DNA of 64,000 nucleotides from an uncultured Candidatus Sumerlaeota bacterium (GTDB taxonomy: Bacteria > Sumerlaeota > Sumerlaeia > SLMS01), in the NCBI GenBank assembly GCA_964437365.1, contig CAYTGM010000002.1, positions 130,212 to 194,211 of the forward strand, written 5' to 3'. Positions 19,444-29,005 of the stretch are shown here, piece by piece (the first letter of the stretch is position 1; each line of letters starts with the position of its first letter). The translations under genes were made by a program, and so were the position numbers. Under the pieces are notes generated by a model, which worked only from the letters and a program-made list of their open reading frames with translations, was not told the origin of the DNA and searched no databases.

Positions 19444-20219
19444 CTCAATACCTTCCTTCTCTTTTTCTACTGCTTCTTATCTTTTCAGGCTGTTCCTACG
19501 ACAGAAGAGATCTGGTCCGCTATGACCTGATGGTACCCGGTACAGAAAAGGAAGTCCTGGATGTAGGAAAGGTTTTCACGGCAGGGGAGCATAAACTAAA
19601 CACCTATCAACGATATTTCAACGGAAACGACGACAAGTTGACAAGTCGGGTTTTAACGCGCTCACCTCAGCTCGATAATCGCTGGATCGCCCTGGACCAG
19701 GAAGGAGGCTTCATCTCGTTTCTTCTCGACGAAGATTTCCTTCAGATTCCCGCGGCAAAGAATGGTCGTCGTGAAAGCTTTATTCGCTTTGAACCGTACC
19801 TATCCTACTCACCAACAAGGATGACTCTGGGCGATACTCATGAATCAGCAGTAGATTTTGAAGTCTGGAATCAAGAAGAAAGCGGGCGAAGAACAGGAAA
19901 TCTCTCAATCAAGACTGTCTATACCGGAACGAATCCTATTGAACTTTCAGAACTTGGGACTCTGAATTGCCCCCGTATCGACTCAACGATTCTTCTTAAT
20001 CTGAGCTATGGACTTTCTGTCTCTGTAGAACAGAGCCAGTGGTTTCACGGACTCTATGGCGAGGTCCTTCAGGATGTTCAAGGGAACGTTGAGCTTCTTT
20101 CAGTACCACTTTACAAGTTCACGGCTAGACAGCAATTGATCAGTTCTGAACGAATCGATTCTGAAGAGGTGTTGAGAATCCTTCTGGAGAACAGGTTTTC
20201 AGAGACGCTCAATGATTAA
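19434..20219 (+). CDS. Hypothetical lipoprotein
   Basis: 261 aa. Lipobox-like LIFSGCS. No recognisable motif. Confidence 0.3.
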   Translation: MVSTQYLPSLFLLLLIFSGCSYDRRDLVRYDLMVPGTEKEVLDVGKVFTAGEHKLNTYQRYFNGNDDKLTSRVLTRSPQLDNRWIALDQEGGFISFLLDEDFLQIPAAKNGRRESFIRFEPYLSYSPTRMTLGDTHESAVDFEVWNQEESGRRTGNLSIKTVYTGTNPIELSELGTLNCPRIDSTILLNLSYGLSVSVEQSQWFHGLYGEVLQDVQGNVELLSVPLYKFTARQQLISSERIDSEEVLRILLENRFSETLND

Positions 20220-20227
20220 CCCATTCC

Positions 20228-21529
20228 TCAATCCACGAAATCCAGCGGAAGCCTTACACTGTCTTTCACAATAAAGCCTGCTTTCTGAAGTTCCCCCAAA
20301 GCAAGGGGAGTCAGCTTTCCCGTTGTCCAGAATTCCAGTCTCTCAACTCTGCTATCTAATTCCTTTTTCGCTTTTGCATATTCAACCATTTGCTGTGTTA
20401 CTGGTCCCCACTGGATAAAGTCGACGGGAGCTGCAAATAAGAGTGCTCCTGACTGGTTCAAGCCAACAGGGTACTTCTCGTATATAAAGACTTCTTGAAT
20501 ATGTTCAATTCTCTTCTCATACAAAGCCATCATCTCCATCACCTGTTGGAAGAAAAGAGCCTCTTCATAGCTCACAACTTCCGTCGCAGCCTGCAGACAC
20601 GCATGTGAGTTTACGGCTTCACTTATAACAAGAAAGCAGGCTGCTATAATTGAGAAATTTCGCGGTGTCAGGTGCGAGTGTCCGATGAATTCAAGACGCA
20701 GCTCTTCGGAAACCCCTTTCTCCAGAAGTTTTTCGTTCACCTGGTGCCTCAAGGTCGCGGGGGATGCCTGCTTAAGATAAGTGTCCAGCGTCTCCACGAA
20801 TCCAATCCCCTTCACAACCGAGAGAGCGAGCCCTCCCATAGGCATTGTGATCACACTTGGCGTCCAACCGCCCTCCGTTCTGGCATAGGCCAACCGGTTC
20901 AATTCTTTTTGCAAAACCAGGTTGTCCGAATAGACATCCACGTTCAATGCCATAGCCAGATCACGTTTATTTTTTGAAACAGAAAGCAAGCCTTCCATGT
21001 ATGTATCTTCATAGTTTGACCGTTCAGAATTGTAGGATATGATCGTTTGATTAATGCTAAGCTCTGCGCTGTTATACAGAGACTCGGCTGAATGGATCGG
21101 ATCGCTAAAAAGTAAACGGAGGCCTTCTATTGGGCCGTAGAGCGATTCCAGTAATTCGTCTGTGAACTCTTTGTAAACAGATTCTTCTCTCATCACGGCG
21201 ATGGCATTGATCTCTTCTATTCTGCGATTAGCCATCATGATCCCTATCGCTTCAAACTCTCCGAATTCACTATCGATTGTGAATCTCAGGAGAGGCCCCG
21301 TAATTTCCGCTTTTTCCCTCACCTCATGATTTGGCCCTTTCATTTGAAGCTTACTCAGAAAGTCGCTCGACTCAACGGTCCTGATGTTCTCGAAGCCCTC
21401 ATGGGTGAGCTCAGTATGAACCTGAGCCTTGTACAAAAGGGTACCTGTTCCATCTGATTCTCGGAAAGGGTGGGTGCAAGATGTCAGAAGGAATAAAACT
21501 GCCAGAAAATATGAGACTCTATGGATCAA
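20228..21529 (-). CDS. Hypothetical lipoprotein (weak TraB/GumN/Tiki-like hints)
   Basis: 433 aa. Lipobox LLTSC. A C-terminal EFIGHSHL and an N-terminal GTGTLLYK loosely recall the Tiki/TraB GxxH motifs. This is not a secure assignment. Confidence 0.3.
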   Translation of the reverse strand: MIHRVSYFLAVLFLLTSCTHPFRESDGTGTLLYKAQVHTELTHEGFENIRTVESSDFLSKLQMKGPNHEVREKAEITGPLLRFTIDSEFGEFEAIGIMMANRRIEEINAIAVMREESVYKEFTDELLESLYGPIEGLRLLFSDPIHSAESLYNSAELSINQTIISYNSERSNYEDTYMEGLLSVSKNKRDLAMALNVDVYSDNLVLQKELNRLAYARTEGGWTPSVITMPMGGLALSVVKGIGFVETLDTYLKQASPATLRHQVNEKLLEKGVSEELRLEFIGHSHLTPRNFSIIAACFLVISEAVNSHACLQAATEVVSYEEALFFQQVMEMMALYEKRIEHIQEVFIYEKYPVGLNQSGALLFAAPVDFIQWGPVTQQMVEYAKAKKELDSRVERLEFWTTGKLTPLALGELQKAGFIVKDSVRLPLDFVD

Positions 21530-21686
21530 ATATTCATACCGCTACTTTCTGAGATTATCGAACATTTCCAGTATTTTCTCGTATGTATATTCAGGCGAAG
21601 AAATAACGCAACTGTTTTGGTAGACATCACACGGGGTATCTGATTGATTCGCTGAACTTTGAATCCGCTGAATTGCTGACCAGTCC

Positions 21687-24329
21687 ATGCCCGCCCCCGT
21701 AGAAGGTTCCATCGATCACTATTTCTCTCAGGATGCTGCTCGAGTCTGCGCTGAGGAAATCGCCGAAGCGCAAGGGGTCGAAGTCTTCTTTATCTGTCGT
21801 CGGAATGAGGCAGGTCTCATCACTGAAGTTGAGTCTCATGCTTTCGGTACAAAGAATTGTGTTCCCGCCCTGATGCAACTGGCGCAGCCCGGAGAAGTGG
21901 TTGTCCATAATCATCCCTCAGGTCAGCTGATTCCATCAGATGCGGATATTGATATCGCCTCTCACCTTGGCAACATGGGCGTCGGATCGTTTATTATCGA
22001 TAATCAGGCTCATCGTTGTCGCATCATTGTCAAACCTCAAGACCCCAAAAAGAAGAAACGGGTCTCAGAAGAAAGTGTTGTTAAGAGACTATCTCCCAAA
22101 AGCGACCTTTCTAACATTGTCGATGATTTCGAGGACAGACCTCAGCAGCGCTCCATGGCTTCTCAAGTCGTATCCGCCCTCAATGATGACGGAATCAGCG
22201 TTATAGAGGCAGGCACTGGAACAGGAAAATCCTTTGCTTATCTGGTACCTGCAATCATCTTCGCCCTGGAAAATGGCGAGCGCGTCGTGATCAGCACGAA
22301 CACAATCAACCTTCAGGAGCAGCTCCTTCACAAAGATATACCGGCGCTCCGTAAGGCCATTGGCCGAGACTTCAGTGTCGAGATCGTGAAAGGGCGAAGC
22401 AATTATGTCTGCAAGCGGAAGGCTCAGTTTGCCGAGTCTGAAAACTCACTGATCCTCGATGATTTCCAGAAAGAACTCAAGGATGCCTTGGCGTGGGCCG
22501 GCTCTTCATCTACTGGTGATCTCCAGGAGCTCGCAGTCCCACCCCGTCGCGAAGTCTGGGAACGTCTTCAGAGTGAGAGTGATAATACACTGCGTGTTCG
22601 TTGTCCTTTCTATGAAGAATGTTTCTTCTATAATTCACGCCGACGTGCAGCGCGGGCAAACCTTCTCATCGTCAATCATTCACTCCTGCTAAGCGATCTG
22701 GCCATACGCCGCGCAACGGGGAACTATACAACTGCTGCCGTCCTTCCCCCCTATCAGTATGTGGTTATCGACGAGGCGCATAACCTCGAAGAATCCGCCG
22801 CTCGTAATTTAGCCCAGCAGGTCTCACGCTTCGGTGTTCGCCAGCTTTTTGGAAGACTCTACAAGCGTGATAAGAAAGAGGGCAAAGGCGTCTATGCTTC
22901 TCTGACTGTCGCCTGCGAAGAAGCGGTCTCCAAAGGATTCATCAACAGCGGTCATCCGATGATACAAAAACTGGTGCAGGAATTGATCCCTCGCGTTTCC
23001 GATATCCGTGACTCTCTTGACTTTCTTCTTCAGGATTTCATCAACCAGTTTTTGCGCCTTACAGACCATGCTTTTTCAAACGATTCGATGGAGAGCCAGA
23101 AGATTCGTCTGACCTGGAAGCTCAAGCAGCACCCAATCTGGGATGAAGAGTGTGAAGGAATTCTGCAAGGTTTCTCCAGAGAGATCAGTGCCTTTGTTGA
23201 TGAAAACCAGAAAGTCTTTGATCTTTCCCAGGATATCGATGACGAAGCGATGCGCATCCTTACAAATCCTCTGCTGGAGTGGAAATCTCTCATAGGGCGT
23301 CTAGACAGTTTGCGCCAGACAGTGCTTCGCTTCCTTTCCGAGGATAATGAGAACTGCCGTTGGATTGAAATCGTTCCGAAGCTGAAGGAAAAGAGAGAAG
23401 CTGTCGTTAAGCTTTGTCTATCACCAGTCGATGTCCGTGAGATTTTGCGAGAGTCTCTTCACGACAAAATGAAAGCAGAGGTTCTGACCAGCGCAACGCT
23501 TACTGTGGATCAGAAATTTGACTTCTTTAAGGAAAGAACCGGCCTCCCTTCAGTTTCTGTCAGCTCCGAAGCTCCTGTTGAATATGATGAAGAAGGCTTG
23601 CCTGTACATAGGCTGGAGCCTGTGGAAGCTCGCCCTGTATCAATGAATACTCTCGGAGCAGTCTTCGATTATTCTGAGCAGGTTTTCTTCGGCGTTCCAA
23701 AAGACCTTCCAGATCCCCGCGAGAAAGAGTTCGAGCAGGAGCTCGCTGAACTCATCAACCGATCTGTTGTGATTACCGGAGGAAGAGCGTTCGTCCTCTT
23801 TACCAGTTATGGACAATTGAACCGCGTCTATAACCTTTGTGCACCAGTTATTCAGCGTATTGGCGTACGCTGTCTGAAGCAGGGGAGCGAAAACCGCGAC
23901 GCGCTACTCAGAAGGTTTCGTGAAGATGAAACAAGTGTTCTCTTTGCGACGTCAAGTTTCTGGGAAGGTGTTGATGTGAAAGGGCGAGCGTTGGAGTTGC
24001 TGATCATTGCAAAGCTTCCCTTTTCAGTGCCTACAGAACCGGTTCAGGAAGCGCAGTTTGAGGCTCTCAAGGCGAAGGGGAGAGATCCCTTTCAGAACCT
24101 GGTAATTCCCCGAGCTATCATTCGATTCAAGCAGGGGTTTGGTCGCCTTATACGGTCACGTACGGACAGGGGAGCGGTTATTATTGCTGATAATCGTGTT
24201 GTTAAGGCCAATTATGGTCGACGGTTTATTCGATCGTTACCTGATATACAGGTGAGAGCAGCGCAGAGCGAGGAGCTGCTTAAACAAATGGAAGAGTTCT
24301 TTGAAAAGTCACCGACAGGGAAGTATTAA
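21687..24329 (+). CDS. dinG: RadC-like JAB/JAMM domain fused to DinG-family Fe-S DNA helicase
   Basis: 880 aa. Residues ~60-110 (VVVHNHPSGQLIPSDADIDIASHLGNMGVGSFIIDNQAH) match the RadC/JAMM H-x-H-x7-S-x2-D motif. Then Walker A EAGTGTGKSF, a Cys cluster (C-x..RCPFYEEC) and DEAH box VIDEAHNLEE of XPD/DinG helicases. An in-frame stop lies 18 nt upstream of the ATG, so the JAB region is the true N-terminus. Confidence 0.75.
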   Translation: MPAPVEGSIDHYFSQDAARVCAEEIAEAQGVEVFFICRRNEAGLITEVESHAFGTKNCVPALMQLAQPGEVVVHNHPSGQLIPSDADIDIASHLGNMGVGSFIIDNQAHRCRIIVKPQDPKKKKRVSEESVVKRLSPKSDLSNIVDDFEDRPQQRSMASQVVSALNDDGISVIEAGTGTGKSFAYLVPAIIFALENGERVVISTNTINLQEQLLHKDIPALRKAIGRDFSVEIVKGRSNYVCKRKAQFAESENSLILDDFQKELKDALAWAGSSSTGDLQELAVPPRREVWERLQSESDNTLRVRCPFYEECFFYNSRRRAARANLLIVNHSLLLSDLAIRRATGNYTTAAVLPPYQYVVIDEAHNLEESAARNLAQQVSRFGVRQLFGRLYKRDKKEGKGVYASLTVACEEAVSKGFINSGHPMIQKLVQELIPRVSDIRDSLDFLLQDFINQFLRLTDHAFSNDSMESQKIRLTWKLKQHPIWDEECEGILQGFSREISAFVDENQKVFDLSQDIDDEAMRILTNPLLEWKSLIGRLDSLRQTVLRFLSEDNENCRWIEIVPKLKEKREAVVKLCLSPVDVREILRESLHDKMKAEVLTSATLTVDQKFDFFKERTGLPSVSVSSEAPVEYDEEGLPVHRLEPVEARPVSMNTLGAVFDYSEQVFFGVPKDLPDPREKEFEQELAELINRSVVITGGRAFVLFTSYGQLNRVYNLCAPVIQRIGVRCLKQGSENRDALLRRFREDETSVLFATSSFWEGVDVKGRALELLIIAKLPFSVPTEPVQEAQFEALKAKGRDPFQNLVIPRAIIRFKQGFGRLIRSRTDRGAVIIADNRVVKANYGRRFIRSLPDIQVRAAQSEELLKQMEEFFEKSPTGKY

Positions 24330-24800
24330 GAGAACGCTACATATTCTGTTTCCTCTTCAGAGACATAGCCCTCGGAAAAGTCGATACCAGCGTCCTTTAA
24401 TAGTTCTATGAATTCATTGTAAGAATTATGGCGTTTGTGATGTTCCTTTTGATTTCTGATATATTCAACGACAGAGGTTTTGTCTCTGCGCGAGATTGTG
24501 AATGCACCATATTCTTTCTGCCAGCCTGTAAATAAAGGATAATCAGGATGATCCTTTAACCAGCGACTGGGAAGTGACCTTGAGATCTCTGACGAGATCT
24601 GACAATGCTATACGAGGATTTAAGGAGATGAGTAGGTGGACATGATCTTCCATCGTATTTATTCGATACAGATAGCATTTCTTGTTTTTTAGAAAACCCC
24701 ATATGTATCTAAAGAGTGTCTCCTGGATTTCAAGGGGCAGGGTGTTTTCACGATTCTTGGTTGAGAAAACGATATGGTAATAGATCTGTCTATAAGACAT
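24326..24800 (-). pseudogene. tnpA: IS200/IS605-family Y1 (HUH) transposase / RAYT-like gene, interrupted by a +1/-1 frameshift
   Basis: N-terminal part (from MSYRQIYYHIVFSTKNR through the HUH motif DHVHLLI) is in one frame and ends at 24543. The C-terminal part (WLKDHPDYPLFTGWQKEYGAF...VEYIRNQKEHH, with the catalytic Tyr) continues in the adjacent frame to a stop at 24326-24328. The two halves overlap near 24545-24560. The stop overlaps the dinG stop. Confidence 0.6.
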
Positions 24801-24921
24801 CGTGGTTGTTCTCTCGATTGGGTATGATCTGTTTGTCCGCAGGATGCGTGAGCGTGATTCGGGCGCAATATAATTGAAATCTGTTGGCCTTCGTCGAAGG
24901 CCTTTGTGTTGTGGCATTTGT

Positions 24922-24953
24922 CCCCAAGGCCCCAAGGCCCCAAAGCCCCAAGG
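24922..24953. repeat. Octamer microsatellite (CCCCAAGG)x4
   Basis: ccccaagg ccccaagg ccccaaag ccccaagg read directly, immediately adjacent to the left inverted repeat. Confidence 0.9.
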
Positions 24954-24980
24954 CTCGCTTCGCTCACCATGGGGCTATTC
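24954..24980. repeat. Left 27-bp inverted repeat (pairs with 25583..25609)
   Basis: ctcgcttcgctcaccatggggctattc. Its reverse complement matches gaatagccccgtggtgagcgcagcgaac at 25583-25609 (about 24 of 27 positions). Confidence 0.8.
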
Positions 24981-25039
24981 AAATTTACCCACCTTCGGCG
25001 GGATATATTGAATGAACCTACCCCGGACGATGTCCGGGG

Positions 25040-25487
25040 CTAAGATTTTTCCATCCCTGGCGGGATGTTCGGTTAGGTTTTCTGATGATTCTCTTCGATC
25101 GTTGAACGTTGTCGTTGTCAGCGCAGCGGTTGACGTTGTCGGCCGTTGCTCACGCCTCATACTAAGATTTTTCCATCCCTGCCGGGATGTTTGCTTAGGT
25201 ATTCTGATGATTCTCTTCGATCGTTGAACGTTGTCAGCGCAGCGGTTGACGTTGTCTGCAGTTGCTCACGTCTCATACTAAGATTTTACCACCCCTGCTG
25301 GGATGTTTGCTTAGGTATTCTGATGATTCTCTTCGATCGTTGAACGTTGTCGTTGTCAGCGCAGCGGTTGTCGTTGTGGGCCGTTGCTCACGCCTCATAC
25401 TAAGATTTTTCCATCCCTGCTGGGATGTTCGGTTAGGTATTCTGATGATTCTCTTTGATCGTTGAACGTTGTCGGCGGTTGTCAGCC
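25040..25487. repeat. Tandem array of four 116-122-bp direct repeats
   Basis: Units start with ctaagatttt at 25040, 25162, 25278 and 25400. They are more than 90% identical and differ by a 6-bp indel (gtcgtt). Each contains a conserved 6-bp-stem hairpin catccc-NNNN-gggatg. They are bounded by hairpins ccccggacgatgtccgggg (25021-25039) and cctcccgtagggagg (25561-25575). Confidence 0.9.
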
Positions 25488-25582
25488 AGTCGCCCTTGCT
25501 GTCTTTAAGACCTCCAGGATCCTCCTTTCTATTATCACTTCAAATCTCCACTCTCCAAATCCTCCCGTAGGGAGGTAAATGT

Positions 25583-25609
25583 GAATAGCCCCGTGGTGAG
25601 CGCAGCGAA
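25583..25609. repeat. Right 27-bp inverted repeat
   Basis: Partner of 24954..24980. See evidence there. Confidence 0.8.
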
Positions 25610-25652
25610 CCTCGGGGACAGATGACCAATCATTATCCGCCTCCGGCGGAGG

Positions 25653-25693
25653 CGAACAAAAAAACTCCCCCTGCATTACGCAGGGGGAGTTTA
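25653..25693 (-). terminator. Rho-independent terminator of groES-groEL
   Basis: On the - strand: AAACTCCCCCTGC-GTAAT-GCAGGGGGAGTTT followed by TTTTTTTGTT. Lies 33 bp after the groEL stop. Confidence 0.8.
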
Positions 25694-25725
25694 ATGTCTC
25701 TCTAGAGCGATAGACGTCGGTCGGC

Positions 25726-27381
<1,656 letters not shown>

Positions 27382-27420
27382 CTATATGAATTTGAAACGT
27401 CGGTTAATGGACGACTGCTA

Positions 27421-27717
27421 TTAGTCTTCAGTGATGACTGCGAGAATTTCGCTTTCGCGAAGAATCAGGTATTCGTTTCCACCGAACTTGATATCCGTAC
27501 CGCCGTACTTGCCGAAAAGAACTTTGTCTCCTGGCTTGACGGTGAGAGGGGTCTTCTTGCCGTCTTCAGAAACCGCGCCGTCCCCAACAGCGACGATCTT
27601 ACCTTCGATCGGCTTTTCCTTAGCTGTGTCGGGAATGATGATCCCGCCGCTGCTTTTTTGCTCATCTTCCTGGATGCGTTCCAAAAGCACGCGATCGTGA
27701 AGTGGCTTAATAGGCAT
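27421..27717 (-). CDS. groES: Co-chaperonin GroES (10 kDa)
   Basis: 98 aa. [14 protein letters not shown]...[19 protein letters not shown] Shine-Dalgarno 8 nt upstream. Followed 63 bp later by groEL. Confidence 0.9.
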   Translation of the reverse strand: MPIKPLHDRVLLERIQEDEQKSSGGIIIPDTAKEKPIEGKIVAVGDGAVSEDGKKTPLTVKPGDKVLFGKYGGTDIKFGGNEYLILRESEILAVITED

Positions 27718-28068
27718 CTTCGTAAACTCCTTCTGAGTTAAGAATTAAAATCGATAAGCTAATTCTGCAATGAGAATGCCAGAGAGAAAAGCTCGAGGGG
27801 GCTGTCTATAAATGCCCTTATATCAGTGCTTTGCAAAACAGCTTCGGAATTACAAGGCTGTGCCTTGGTTCTCTTTGATACAATCACAGGGGAGTGGATC
27901 CTTTTGATGCCTCGGATCACGACCGTGGGTCGCCATTCTGCCAGAGGGTTGCAGAAACCCTCTCTGGAGTGCTGCAGCCCTGGCGCAGCACGCAACTTCG
28001 AGGACCTGACTTGGAGGAAGTCGCTCAAACACTCTCATCGACCGCGAAAGGAATCCATGCTCCTGGAA

Positions 28069-28102
28069 CCAAAAAAGGCCACCCTCGATGCCGAGGGTGG
28101 CC
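28069..28102 (-). terminator. Rho-independent terminator downstream of rpmG
   Basis: On the - strand: GGCCACCCTCG-GCAT-CGAGGGTGGCC followed by TTTTTT. Confidence 0.7.
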
Positions 28103-28140
28103 AAATTCTTCATTTCAATCCCGCTGTGCAGGAGGGTCGG

Positions 28141-28323
28141 TTACTTAACTTCGCGGTGAACCGTATGCTTCTTCAGGAAGGGGTTATACTTCTTAAGCTC
28201 AATGCGCTGAGTTGTATTCTTCTTATTCTTGATGCTGTAATAGCGTGACATACCCTTAACGCCTGATTCTTTCTGCTCAGTGCATTCGAGGATAACCTGA
28301 ACCCGGTTCTGTTTCTTTGCCAT
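28141..28323 (-). CDS. rpmG: 50S ribosomal protein L33
   Basis: 60 aa, starting at [16 protein letters not shown]...[21 protein letters not shown]. The annotated 141-aa ORF extends in-frame a further 81 codons upstream without a stop. That extension is judged non-coding leader. Confidence 0.75.
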   Translation of the reverse strand: MAKKQNRVQVILECTEQKESGVKGMSRYYSIKNKKNTTQRIELKKYNPFLKKHTVHREVK

Positions 28324-29005
28324 GTTTCTATTCTCCTGAGCCGTCTGAACGGCGGTAATACCTGTAATTGAGGCGATCAGGGCACAGAGAAACCCCATCG
28401 CAAGGCCGCAAGAGGTTCTACAGCACCCCTCTCCTATGCAAGCCCTTTCTGCACGAAGAGTGGAAAAAAGGTGATCGCCGTTGGGCTCACATTCTTTGGT
28501 TCCAAGGTCGGTGACCCGCTGATCTGATCCTACAGGGAATTGGTGGTAAACATGAATATTCTTCATGCGTCATACTTCTCATCGCCGTCTGGCAACGCCG
28601 GTGTTCGTGATCCAGCCACTCGAAGATCACTTAAGAGTTGCGAGCCGTCAGGGCGGTAGAGCGCCAAACGGGGAAAGAAACGCGATGAGTTTTCCCAGGC
28701 CCCTACAGAGTTGATCTCGCGGCGATCCTGGACCTATCCAGGTCCGATGCCCATCGGACCTGCATCGCTCCGACATCGCTCCGGCATCGTCCCTGGAGGG
28801 GAAATGCCCAAAAATGACTAGGAGGGAGAACCGAAAGCGCCGCAGGCTCTGGGGTGCGGGGTTCTTGGTCACGCTTTGAAATTCGAAGTCTCGCCGCGAG
28901 CACCGAGTCTCGCTTCGAATCAGGTCGCAGAATGATCCCGATTCGAATCCAAAGGGGAGTACCTTGCGCGGCGGCATCCCGCCGCGCGAGGCAAAATATA
29001 TTACA

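Noticed and set aside
21627-21914. 95-aa - strand ORF overlapping the 5' end of the JAB-DinG gene
   Set aside because: Overlaps the region encoding the well-conserved JAMM motif on the other strand.
25012-25465. Three near-identical 65-71-aa ORFs (25012..25227, 25146..25343, 25262..25465)
   Set aside because: They are generated by the tandem DNA repeat itself, with no start context. Treated as non-coding.
25040-25487. Tandem repeat array considered as a CRISPR array
   Set aside because: The units are ~120 bp and near-identical along their entire length. There are no alternating unique spacers and no cas genes within the window.
27720-27830. CIRCE/HrcA operator upstream of groES
   Set aside because: Searched for TTAGCACTC-N9-GAGTGCTAA on both strands. 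No match.
27826-28248. 140-aa + strand ORF and 27850..28113 - strand ORF
   Set aside because: They overlap rpmG and its terminator on the opposite strand or in other frames. No motif. Spurious.
28324-28566. N-terminal 81-codon extension of the rpmG ORF ([10 protein letters not shown]...)
   Set aside because: L33 is complete from [11 protein letters not shown]. The extension has no homology signal and is GC-rich and structured, so it is more likely leader RNA.
28570-29000. Possible tRNA/tmRNA/RNase P RNA, suggested by the GGTAGAGCGCC and GATTCGAATCC strings
   Set aside because: No acceptor, D, anticodon and T-arm arrangement could be folded on either strand. Left as an unexplained structured region (see the rpmG-leader finding).
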